DNA of 64,000 nucleotides. It comes from Macrostomum lignano. Lineage: Eukaryota. A model generated the notes under the pieces. That model worked only from the letters and a program-made list of their open reading frames with translations. It made no database searches and was not told where the DNA came from. The stretch is taken from the NCBI GenBank assembly GCA_002269645.1, contig NIVC01000068.1, positions 1-64,000 of the forward strand, read 5' to 3'. Shown one piece after another: positions 1-25,701 of this stretch; position 1 is the stretch's first letter; the number at the start of each line of letters is the position of its first letter. The translations under genes were made by a program, and so were the position numbers.

Positions 1-1122
1 CATTTATTACTATTTGCTATTCATCTAGCGAGATTGGTATAAACTTTTGCCAGAGGAAATGCTTTGGTTCATTCGAGAGGTACAACAATTAATCATTGTG
101 TGTCGTTTGCTTTCTCTGGATCACGGGTTGCTTCTAGATTTTGTTCATCAGAAAAAAGTTGAATTTGTTTTCACATTATCACATAGTTTTGTTTTAATGG
201 GTCAATGGTTTAATTTGAATTGAGAATGAGCCATGATGTATTTGGCCAAGTCTTTAAATTGCTACCTTAATGTACATTTAGTCGTTCAATGTACATTGTT
301 TCTCATCAACGCCCCGCCCTATGACTGTACACAGTGGAGCGAGTGATTTAACTCTCTGTTAGCCACAGCGAATGTACATATAGAGAGACGAGTCTGGCTG
401 CAGACTGAAGTCACGTGATAAAAAGTTACAAACGGGCGGCCCCGGCGCCTTTAAAAATTATTTACCTCCTCACTTTGCTACACGCCGCAACGACCCGGCA
501 AGACAGCTTCACTCCAACAATGCGCACGCATCATGCTGTTATTATTCTCTCGCTTTTTCCAGCTCGAATTGGGCACTAGACGCAAGAAAAAGGAGGAGGT
601 ATTTATTTATTACTTATTCAGAATCTCTGCTGGATCTGCATGCTGCTTTTGGGCTTGTCTCAATCGAAAATTTAACAATATTTGCCGAGCAGATATAATA
701 TTTACTGTTGCCGTGTAGTCTCGTTTAAATTACCAATTTGTTAAAATTCATTATGTTTAATTAATTGAATGTTTAAACTGATTTTTGTTTAACTATAACT
801 GAAATATTTACACGTATTGATTGTAAACGTATAATGCCAGCTAATAATACGAGTAACAACAGTTGCAATATATTTGTTTTTTTATATTTGATTAATTCTT
901 TTCGTATATATTAGTAGGCTAAAGTATGAATATTAGCTAATGTGAGTCGTTGTAACGATTTTACTGTACATTTGAATAAAAGATATTTGTTGTTATTGTA
1001 GTTTTAAAATGCTTTAACGTTCGTAAACTGCGAAATCTAACAAGCAGCTTAACATTTTTATCGCAAACGATATTTTTTAGCGTTGTTCCAGTTTAAAAAA
1101 CGTTAATTTTAACAAAATCCAG

Positions 1123-16601
<15,479 letters not shown>

Positions 16602-16699
16602 ATTTACTGCATGGCGAGTTTATTCAGTTTGAATTGGCGCCGGAATTATAAAAAATTACTATCAAAACAAATCTGACTTTATTAGGATAAAATTCATTC

Positions 16700-16705
16700 A
16701 ATAAA
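16700..16705 (+). terminator. Candidate polyadenylation signal of DNAH1
   Basis: AATAAA about 100 nt after the TAA stop. Confidence 0.45.
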
Positions 16706-17249
16706 AAAATACAAAACACTGGCTAGTAAAATACTCGTATCCAGCTAATTATTAAAACACAGAGAAAGTTTTATTTTTGGCGCCAATTTGAATTCATCAC
16801 GTGGATTTTCGTTACGAAAAATGTGTTTTTTAAGACTTATAAAGATGAAGACTAAACTTATTTAATTTATTTTTATAAGGTAAAATTTGCGTTATTGCTT
16901 AAGCCGTCCAGTGCCTTTTTATTCAAATTTTTGCTACATAATTTTCCGTCCAATTCTTGTTCAGTGGAATGAATTTGCAAAGTGACTGGCATGTTTAATT
17001 TTACTCTGATCTATAAAATAAACATTCCAAAACTGTTTAAATGCTATTTAATTCAATAGATATTGCATCTGTGATCAATTATTATTAATTGTTATTTTTA
17101 TCGATTATCGATTTTCTGCTCACTTTGTCGAGAGTGACATTTTCCAACAGTTTTTTTAAAATATATTCGTACTAAACAGTAGAATTAGAAATTTTAGTTT
17201 GAGTTTACAGATTTTTATTAACTTTATTTCGACCAACTTTAGTCTACCA

Positions 17250-17765
17250 CCCACCCACCCTTCTATCCCACCCGCTTATCTATCCCACCCGCTTATCTAT
17301 CCCACCCGCCCTTCTATCCCACCCGCTTATCTATCCCACCCGCCTATCTATCCCACCCGCTTATCTATCCCACCCGCCCTTCTATCCCACCCGCTTATCT
17401 ATCCCACCCGCCTATCTATCCCACCCGCTTATCTATCCCACCCGCTTTTCTATCCCACCCGCCCTTCTATCCCACCCGCTTATCTATCCCACCCGCTTAT
17501 CTATCCCACCCGCTTATCTATCCCACCCGCTTATCTATCCCACCCGCTTATCTATCCCACCCGCTTATCTATCCCACCCGCTTATCTATCCCACCCGCTT
17601 ATCTATCCCACCCGCTTATCTATCCCACCCGCTTATCTATCCCACCCGCCTATCTATCCCACCTGCCCTTCTATCCCACCTGCTCTTCTATCCCACCTGC
17701 TCTTCTATCCCACCCACCATCCTATCCCGCCCACTCTTCTATCTATCCCACCCACCTTTCTATCC
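17250..17765. repeat. 17-bp minisatellite just upstream of the Nudix gene
   Basis: (CCCACCCGCTTATCTAT)n, decaying towards the right. Confidence 0.93.
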
Positions 17766-17855
17766 CATTCACCCTTCTATTTTACCCGCTCTTCTATCGC
17801 CCCTCTATATGCGGCAATGCTATAATAAAGACCTGTCTTCACTACTCCAGCAAGC

Positions 17856-18320
17856 ATGCGCGTCACGGCCGGGGTTTTCCTATTCCGTCGGCTTGCCGGC
17901 TCAGCTGCTGGCTCGTCAGACCCGGACCAATTCGAGGTCCTTCTGCTCCATTCGTCAATGAAAAAGGGCCGCTGGACAATGCCCAAGGGCCACTTGGATA
18001 CAGGCGAATCCTTACTGCAATGCGCCAATCGAGAGACACTGGAAGAATCGGGTTTAACTGTCGACAAAGACTATAATGTGATTTCGGAGTTCGAACCAGT
18101 GACCTTCAATTTTCCGGCATCCTCTAATCCGTCAATATTGAAACGGGTGACGATTTGGATTGGCGAAGTGAAACCGGATGCATCGCCGGTGAAAATCTCG
18201 CACGAGCATCGGGATTATCGCTGGTGTCGACACGACGAGTGTCAGGCTTTGCTGACTGCGGGCTTTCCAGAATCTGTTGACACTTACTTAAAAATGCGGG
18301 ACTTTATCAATCGCAAATAG
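17856..18320 (+). CDS. NUDT2: Nudix hydrolase, bis(5'-nucleosyl)-tetraphosphatase (Ap4A hydrolase)-like, intronless, 154 aa
   Basis: Complete Nudix box GHLDTGESLLQCANRETLEESGL; W-T-x-P-K-G-H before it; SHEHRDYRW motif and N-terminal AGVFLFRR typical of NUDT2. Confidence 0.85.
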   Translation: MRVTAGVFLFRRLAGSAAGSSDPDQFEVLLLHSSMKKGRWTMPKGHLDTGESLLQCANRETLEESGLTVDKDYNVISEFEPVTFNFPASSNPSILKRVTIWIGEVKPDASPVKISHEHRDYRWCRHDECQALLTAGFPESVDTYLKMRDFINRK

Positions 18321-18857
18321 TAGGATAGTAGACAATACCAAATATTATACGAGTAGATGATGTCCCATGATCCCATATATACTACTGTCTAAATTAAGTA
18401 GCAGGTTGGGAAAGTGAAAGTTTAATATCGATTTTTCTGTAGACTTTTTTATTTTTAATAAGCATGATCGAGCAAATTAAGCAAATTTATCTGGCAACAC
18501 GCACGCAGCCTACTAGATTAAGAGTAGCTAAGTGTTCACGGCGCGACACACTGCTAGGTATAGTAGTCAATCAGAATTCAGAATTCGAGTCTTCCAAAAT
18601 TATGTTACAAGCAATACTAAAATTAAAATTTTTATCGAAAATATCAATACTATCGATTTTTTTGCTTGTTTTTTACGTTCTAAGTTTCTTCTACCTAACA
18701 CATATATACTCGTACCTTTCATTATTAATTGTACTTATTATTATTTACTTGCCGCGTTTATTAAGCAATGTTTTTATTAATTTAAACTGGTTTTATATCA
18801 AAGCTTGTTATAGACATTTGTAACTGTACAGTTGTTATCGTAATCAGCTTATTATTT

Positions 18858-19130
18858 CACTATGCACCCTTCCCATATGATTCACGCGGGAATCCCGGCA
18901 TGGCCACGAGTGTCTTTCCATGCGACATGCAGGCACACGCCGCGTGCCTCCATGTCGCATGGGAAGACATGCGTGCACACACGACGGGAAAACGCGTCTC
19001 CCCGTGAAGTTCTCTCGCGTGAACATGTTGTATGCATGCGTGCATTATTCGCGCTCCATATAATTTATATACGAATCTACATGAGTATTCAATGCATGTA
19101 CACAGGTGCACACAGGCTTTGAACAAAACA
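18858..19130. mobile_element. Possible subterminal region of a CACTA-like element
   Basis: Begins CACTATG; dense CACGCG/CATG/ACGCGT motifs. A similar motif-rich block lies at about 28060-28240. No convincing TIR/TSD pair was found. Confidence 0.3.
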
Positions 19131-19799
19131 GCTACTTCTAGTTACTTTCATACGTAGCTTCATATACCGAGATTGAAATGCATTGCGAATTTTCCTATGC
19201 AGTACTTCCAATGCATACGCCCTCTTAATTTACTCCCTATTCGCATAAAAGTACTTCTTAAAACTAGAATTCCACCACACCCAATTGAAAACCAGGAATC
19301 TGGAAGTCAAGGTAGAAGAAATAGAACTAAAATGAACAAAACTGACAAAAACGGAGCAGTAGTACTTGTTTACGAGCAATACTAACTTAGTGAATAAATG
19401 CCTAATTTGTAAATATTGTAGGGAATATTTTTTACAAACAAAGCTCGATCTTTGTGCATTAAAATAAGCAGTGTATTGCACATAAGCAAAATGTATCAAA
19501 CAAAAAACATACAATATAGAAAAAATACGTATAATGCAACACGCTCGATTATACATACACGTGATACATGGATCATAATGCAAATGTGAGAAACCAAAGA
19601 AACATATTATAAAGGCAAATCTAATAAAACTGAAACATTAAAGTGCATAAGAGAGAAAGAGTAGTATTTCGAACATAAGTAATAACGCGACTTAAATTTG
19701 TCATAAAAATAACGTGCATAATGAGACTACGAATGTGCACTACGTAGGCAAACGGTTATCGATGAACTGTGCAAGCAAAAAATAAAATGGTTAACTAAC

Positions 19800-20506
19800 C
19801 TAATCAAACTCAATAAGAGGGCACACATTAAGTAAATACGGGGTCGCAGAAGAAGCTGGCATAAACAAGCATCGATAAGTGATGTCGTTTAAATCAATAG
19901 TCCTGTAGTTTGCCTCCGTAGGATCGACCAGGAGATACTTAAACGTGGGGCATTTGTTCGCCACAGTACACAGCTGCATGTACATCCGCTTCAGATGTGG
20001 ACATTGTGATGTTGGTCGTGTGATGGTGGGGCGCATAGTCTTGGCAGCTTTAATGATAGCCGTTGATGGTTCGCGGAAGTTGTGAATAAATCCAATTTGC
20101 CCGTCCGTAAGCATTACACAACTACTGTTCGACTTTAAAGAACGATCGTAAATTGAAGAATGATTCCATTCGTAACAGCTGATTTAACTTTTTGTCGGAT
20201 GTTCCAGACCATAACTGCCCATAATAGTAAGGAGCGGCAACATCTCGCTTAGGAGTCGAGTATGTAATAAAATCTTCACTCCAGTCTGCGTTCTGAGATG
20301 AGTGCCCTTGAACAGCGATGCATGTGGCATCGTTTGGCAACCGTACAGTAGCCAACGGCGGCGTCAGAATTCGCTGACTCAGGCTTAATTGCGACGCTTG
20401 CGAAAGGGTACTGACAGGAGTCCTTACAGAGAGGGCATCATGACTCGGGACAGTATCAATTGAGTCTTGATCAGATTCCATTAAAAGTCGCCCAGTTATG
20501 CTGAAA
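19800..20506 (-). pseudogene. Probable frameshifted C-terminal exon of a CACTA/EnSpm (CMC)-like transposase
   Basis: Acceptor TTTTTTAATTTCAG at about 20507. Extending the 19800-20114 ORF upstream gives HSSIYDRSLKSNSSCVMLTDGQIGFI...IDLNDITYRCLFM...LLNVCPLIEFD*. This matches by recall the HS-x-x-Y-x-R-x-x-K...G-x-I and terminal KC...P-x-x-E-x-D* pattern of animal EnSpm-like transposases. No catalytic core was seen. Confidence 0.5.
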
Positions 20507-20966
20507 TTAAAAAAATGCAGAATACCAATTGGCGGAGTGTTTCCAGTTAAAAATATTACAGTAAATTGGAGAATGACAAGTTACTACTATACAACAGGAT
20601 TAGCGAACCAAGCTATGGTGGCTTGAAATAATTAAGGTGCAAAAAGCTGGTATCGATTGTTTTGGAAGTTATTTTGTTCATTTAGCTTAAATCTATTCTG
20701 AAACTAATGTCATCATGCCACTAAAACAAAATTATAGTTAAACTCTATTAACCATGACTGCTGAACCACAGATCATATGCTTTTGTCTTAAATTCATATG
20801 GGTAGGATCCAAATCAGAAGGAATGAAGGGATTTCTACAAATGATCACTAATTAAGTCACAAATGTGGAATCAAACTTGACTCCATAGGAAAAACTTAAT
20901 AATGTAATGATCACTGTGTCATTGGCCCTTAATAACAAGCTTAGGTTTCATTTGAATTTTTGATAC

Positions 20967-21140
20967 TGTAGTGAAACTACAACTTGACTTAGATTCGAAT
21001 TGCAATATATTTTATGAGTTAAAGACGAGAGGGCTTGGGGCGAGAAACTTAACTGCGAGAAAGAACTGTAAAAGGAAATTAGTCTATGGTAATTTATGAC
21101 AAACTGAGTTGCAAATAAAAAGTACAACAAAATACCCATA
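20967..21140 (-). repeat. 3' LTR (174 bp)
   Basis: Direct repeat of 25522-25701, adjacent to the PPT. Confidence 0.95.
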
Positions 21141-21334
21141 CGACTCCCCCCTCCAATTGCGGAGCACGGGGAAAAGAGACTGTAACTGAATTATAAAATG
21201 GTGGAATGGCTTAAATTATTGAAACGAAGCGGTTATACAGTTGAAATACGAGCTAAATTTTATATGAAGGGTTGAACATTGAGAAATATTGAGAACATTG
21301 GAACAGCAGTCAGTAGACGTTATACATTACAAGG

Positions 21335-24300
21335 TTAATAATAAATGTAATCATTATGGCGTCGGAATTGGACTCGGCGGCCGCTAGAGGTCGCTCTAGG
21401 AGGTGATGAGTCCACCGGTTCCTTTGGTTTGGCGGCTTTTTCCGGCAGCGAGTTCGCGGCCGGCTGAACAGCCGACTTCGGAAGCGAAAGTCGCGCCGGC
21501 TTGAGGCGATCGATAGAGACAGATTCGGTGTTGCCTGACGGTAGGAAAATAACGAAGAACTTGTCAGTTCGCTGTTTCACGCGATACGGCCCTGAGTACG
21601 GCGCCTCGAGCGGCGACCGCACGCGATCGACCCGAACCCAGACGAATTCAGCCATTTCCAGGTCCTTGGGTACGTAGCTCCGTGGTTCGTGCGTCTTCGC
21701 GTGTGGACTCGGTAACTCTGTCAGCAGTTCCTGCAGCCGTGTCCGAATGTCCGTTGGGGCGAGTGGTTCAGAAGTTAGAATGCGCGGAACCATCGGAAGC
21801 TCGCCCGTAACCCTGGTGAACGGTGATATTCCTTGGTCGTCAGGTGCGACGTGCATCGCGAGGAGAGCCACAGGTAGGTCTGTCAGCCAGTCATTGCCTC
21901 GAGCACGTAGCATCGTCTTCAGGGTGCGATGGGCTCGCTCGACCTTGCCATTGGTTTGAGGGTGGTAGGCCGTTGTGCGTAATCGATGAAAACCAATTGA
22001 TGACGAGACCGAGTGAAAGAATTCTGATTCGAACTGGCGCCCCCGATCAGTGATTACATACAGTGGCACTCCGTAGCGCGAGACCCAAGACGAGACGAAT
22101 GCATGGGCGACTACTTCCGCGGTTATTGATTCCAGTGGTGTAGCTTCTAGCCAGCCAGTCGAGCGGTCGACCATCGTGAGAAGGTAGCGAGCAGACTGGT
22201 GGCCAAAGGTGGTAGCATTAGCTGGTGGAAGTGGTCCCACAATATCGATGTGTACCGCCTCAAAGCGATTTGATGGTAATGCGAAGGCCTGTTGCGGGGA
22301 GACAGTGTGGCGAGTGACTTTACTCCGTTGGCAGTCCTGGCAGTTCCAGCAGTAGGTCTTGATGGACTTGCGCATTCCGGGCCAAAAGTAACGTTCTGTG
22401 ATGAGTTTTGCTGTTTTACGGTAGCCGAAATGACCAAGTCGATGGAAGGAAGCAATCACGGCGTCGCGGAGGGACGGCGGAATGATCGGGCGAGGATACG
22501 GCGTTGACGTCTCACACCAAACGACGACGTCTTTGTCCAGAGAATACGATCGAATATTTGGTGCAGCTGAGAACGACTCCGGTCGTTGTGCTTCAGCGAT
22601 ACTGGGCAGATCAACAGGGAATTGGCTTGATGGGGCAGCGACTACAGCGACTGTTGCGATGTTGGACACGTGATCATTCACTGGGAAGTCAGGCAGTCGA
22701 GAAAGGGCATCAGCTATTACGTTGTCTGCACCGCGAATGTACTGGACATCTGCCACGTACTCGGACAAGACGGTCAAGTAGCGCTGATTGCGATCTGACG
22801 TAGTGGTGCGATTGGCGTGGAAGGCCTGAGCTAGTGGTTTATGATCGGTGAACAAGGTCACGCTCAGTCCTTCAATGAGGCTGCGGAAGTGCAACACTGC
22901 CAGGTACGCCGCGAGTAGTTCTCGGTCGAACGTGCTGTACATCCTTTGAGATGACGACAACTTCTTGCTGAACATGCCAAGAGGTGACGTTCCGGTTGAA
23001 GAGGTTTGATGCAGAACGGCACCAACACAGTCGGCTGAGGCATCAGTGTACAGGTGGTACGCAGTACAGTTGGGGTCCGGATGATGCAGCAGTAGTCTCT
23101 CTGAGAGAGCTTGTTTGATGTTTTCGAAAGATTTCTGATGCTGCTCTGTCCATTGGAAGTTTCCTGCTGACTGTAGTGATGCAGTGAGTAGGTCTTGCAG
23201 CGGACAGATGCGGTCGGCAAAGTTGGGAACGAATCGACGGTAGAAACCGACGACACAGAGGAAGCGCCGAAGTGCATTCGAATCCGTGGGTGTCGGCCAG
23301 TCAGTGATTATTTGGATCTTCTTCTGGAGAGGTTTTATTCCTTCAGGAGTCACGCGATGGCCAAGGAAATCTACCTCGGACTGAAAGAATTCGCACTTCT
23401 TCAAATGAACCTGTAGGCCGTGTGTTCTTAGGCGGTCCAAAACTTGTTCCAAATGTGAGTAGTGGTCCTCACGAGTCTTTGAGAATATCAGGACATCATC
23501 GATGTAAGAGATGACGAATGACAGTCCGTGAAAAACAGAGTCGATGAAGCGTTGAAATGTTTGTGCTGCATTCCTCAGGCCGAAGGGCATGCGTGTGTAC
23601 TCGAACAATCCAAACGGTGTGGTGATAGCGGTTTTGCAAATATCCTCTTCGGCGACTGGAATTTAATGAAAGGCGCGAACAAGGTCTAACTTTGAAAACA
23701 CAGTGCTTCCGTGTAGGTACCGAGTGAATGTTTGAATGTGTGGAACCGGATAGTTGTCCGGCTTTGTTCGTTTGTTCAATTCGCGATAGTCACCGCACGG
23801 ACGCCAGCCAGCTCCCTTGGGTGCCATGTGGAGGGGTGACGCCCAAGCGCTTGAGGAAGGTCTGAGGTAGCCAGCATCGATTAGCTGCTGAAACTCCTGC
23901 TTTGCAGCCTGTAGTTTTGCAGGGTGCAGTTGCCGGGGTCGCAAGTGAACCGGTTGTCCACTACCAGTGTCTAGTCGATGAACAGTGTCATGCTTGACCT
24001 CTGAAGCTGGCGGAAGGGCTCCGCCTTCAACGAAAGAAAAACAGTCTGCAAACTTTGTCAACAGCGTACTCGTCCGAGAATCCAGGTTGGGTGGCAGTTC
24101 TACCGACACAGTGAACGGGCCACAATGAACATTTGAAATTGACAAGGTAACAGTAGACAGTCCTGTTTCTGAGTCTCGAACGTGTTTGAGCTGACAATCG
24201 ACAACTAACCCATGGTGAGCCAAGAAATCGTAACCAATGATGGGCTTCACCACTGACGCCACGAGGAAGGTCCATTGGAAGGCGCGACGCAAACCGCGGA

Positions 24301-24547
24301 TTGAGACATCCAGTAGGACCGACCCGCGAACTGGTATGGCGGCTCCGGTAGCAGTAATTAAACGAACGTTTGTATCTTGAACGAGTGCGTTAACGAGGTG
24401 AGGTGGAACAATGGAAACCGAGGCTCCGGTATCCACAAGAAACTTGCTGTAGGTATTGTTGATTTTAACATCTAACTCCAAACAGGTGGTCGATGGTATC
24501 TCGGCACTGCGCACCGCGACCTCGGTCGCAGTGCGATTTAGTTTTCC
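21335..24547 (-). pseudogene. pol: Gypsy Pol (protease-RT-RNase H-integrase) reached by -1 frameshift; one in-frame TAA
   Basis: Protease FLVDTGAS; RT WRPCGDYR, MPFGLRNA, SYIDDVLI; RNase H TDAS and TDHKPL; integrase HHCC plus HIDIVGP / TDRGRQF / GKVERAHR. TAA at 23663-23665 replaces the Gln of AFHQIP and the frame continues. Confidence 0.93.
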
Positions 24548-25443
24548 GGCTGTCGAGAAGGTGATGATGAACGCGACTGAGATGGCGTTTTTTCATTGGG
24601 ATGCAGCACTCGGATCGGACGCGAGCTGTCCTTGGGAAACTGGCACCAGGGGCGACACGACCGAGCACGGCGGCCATAGTAGAGGTGTGAGCGGCAAACG
24701 ACGGGGCGTTGGCCAGGCTTAAATGGGTCTGTTCCAGTGGGCTTACCAGGTGCTTGTCGGTGTGGAGCTTGCTCAAAGCGCTGTTGGGGTGTCCTATCTG
24801 CACCGGCCTGCTGAATTGGGCAAACTGTCGCTGGCGATGGAGAGCTAAGGCCTCTGACGACCAACATCGAGTCAGCAATCTCGGAAATTTGCTGGGATGA
24901 CTGCTGTTGGAATCCCGACAGTGCGATACGAAGGTCCTGTGGAAGACAGCGCATCAGAGTGGCCTTGAGGAGATCCTCGTCGGGCTGTATCTGGCACTGC
25001 TCCATCTTGCTCCGGAGTTTGCCCATGAAGATTGATGGCTTGTCTCCTCCGAGGTCCGAGACTTGCAATACTTCCGAAACCTTCTCCTGCTTGGACTTTT
25101 GCAGAGTCGATGTAATCGCTGATTTCAGTTGTTCGTACTGTTTTGGAGTCTGAGCGGACAAGTGCAGAGCCGCGATATCCTCCGGTAGATGAGAGACTAG
25201 GTGGTAAAATTTGGCGGTCTCGTTGGTCACCCTGTTGAGCATAAACTGGGCCTCCAGCGTGAGGAACCATGCTTCCGGGTTGTTGCGATAGAAGATTGGC
25301 AGCTTCAGGTGGGCCAGGGAGACTATAGCGGTGTCGGCGGCGTTTCCTACTGCAGTTGTAACCACTGGTGCGGCCGAACTTGGTGCGGCTTGCGTGGTTG
25401 TAGGTGGTGTAGGAGCGGAATTGTTGCTTGCACTGTCCGTCAT
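24538..25443 (-). CDS. gag: Gypsy Gag
   Basis: MTDSASNN...LKLPIFYRNNPEAWFLTLEAQF...VCRSHLYYGRRARSCRPWC...QPEN*; ATG at 25443 (the ORF-track start lies inside the LTR). Confidence 0.9.
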   Translation of the reverse strand: MTDSASNNSAPTPPTTTQAAPSSAAPVVTTAVGNAADTAIVSLAHLKLPIFYRNNPEAWFLTLEAQFMLNRVTNETAKFYHLVSHLPEDIAALHLSAQTPKQYEQLKSAITSTLQKSKQEKVSEVLQVSDLGGDKPSIFMGKLRSKMEQCQIQPDEDLLKATLMRCLPQDLRIALSGFQQQSSQQISEIADSMLVVRGLSSPSPATVCPIQQAGADRTPQQRFEQAPHRQAPGKPTGTDPFKPGQRPVVCRSHLYYGRRARSCRPWCQFPKDSSRPIRVLHPNEKTPSQSRSSSPSRQPEN

Positions 25444-25521
25444 TGGATTTGTCTTCGTGAGTATTGAGTATGAGTTATGTGAGTAAAGAGTAATATCTTT
25501 CGCCGCCTCACCGGACCAATT

Positions 25522-25701
25522 TGTAGTGAAACTACAACTTGACTTAGATTCGAATTGCAATATATTTTATGAGTTATTGTTAAAGACGAGAGGGCTTGGG
25601 GCGAGAAACTTAACTGCGAGAAAGAACTGTAAAAGGAAATTAGTCTATGGTAATTTATGACAAACTGAGTTGCAAATAAAAAGTACAACAAAATACCCAT
25701 A
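25522..25701 (-). repeat. 5' LTR (180 bp)
   Basis: Direct repeat of 20967-21140 with an extra ATTGTT; followed in sense by a 3-nt spacer and the PBS TGGTCCGGTGAG. Confidence 0.95.

Larger units (their letters stand above)
20967..25701 (-). mobile_element. Full-length Ty3/Gypsy LTR retrotransposon, CsRn1-like lineage
   Basis: LTRs at 20967-21140 and 25522-25701, identical apart from one 6-bp indel. 4-bp TSD ATAC at 20963-20966 and 25702-25705. PBS at 25501-25518, PPT GGAGGGGGGAG at 21144-21154. Domain order gag-PR-RT-RH-IN; Gag carries a C-X2-H-X9-C-X3-C (CHCC) motif. Confidence 0.97.

Noticed and set aside
533-718. 61-aa ORF and nearby GC-box/CACGTG promoter-like sequence upstream of the first DNAH1 exon
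   Set aside because: No recognisable homology, does not match the expected preceding DNAH1 residues, and no consistent splice model on either strand.
20948-21139. Duplicated small ORFs MGILLYFLF... (also 25440-25700)
   Set aside because: They are incidental readings of the two LTRs.
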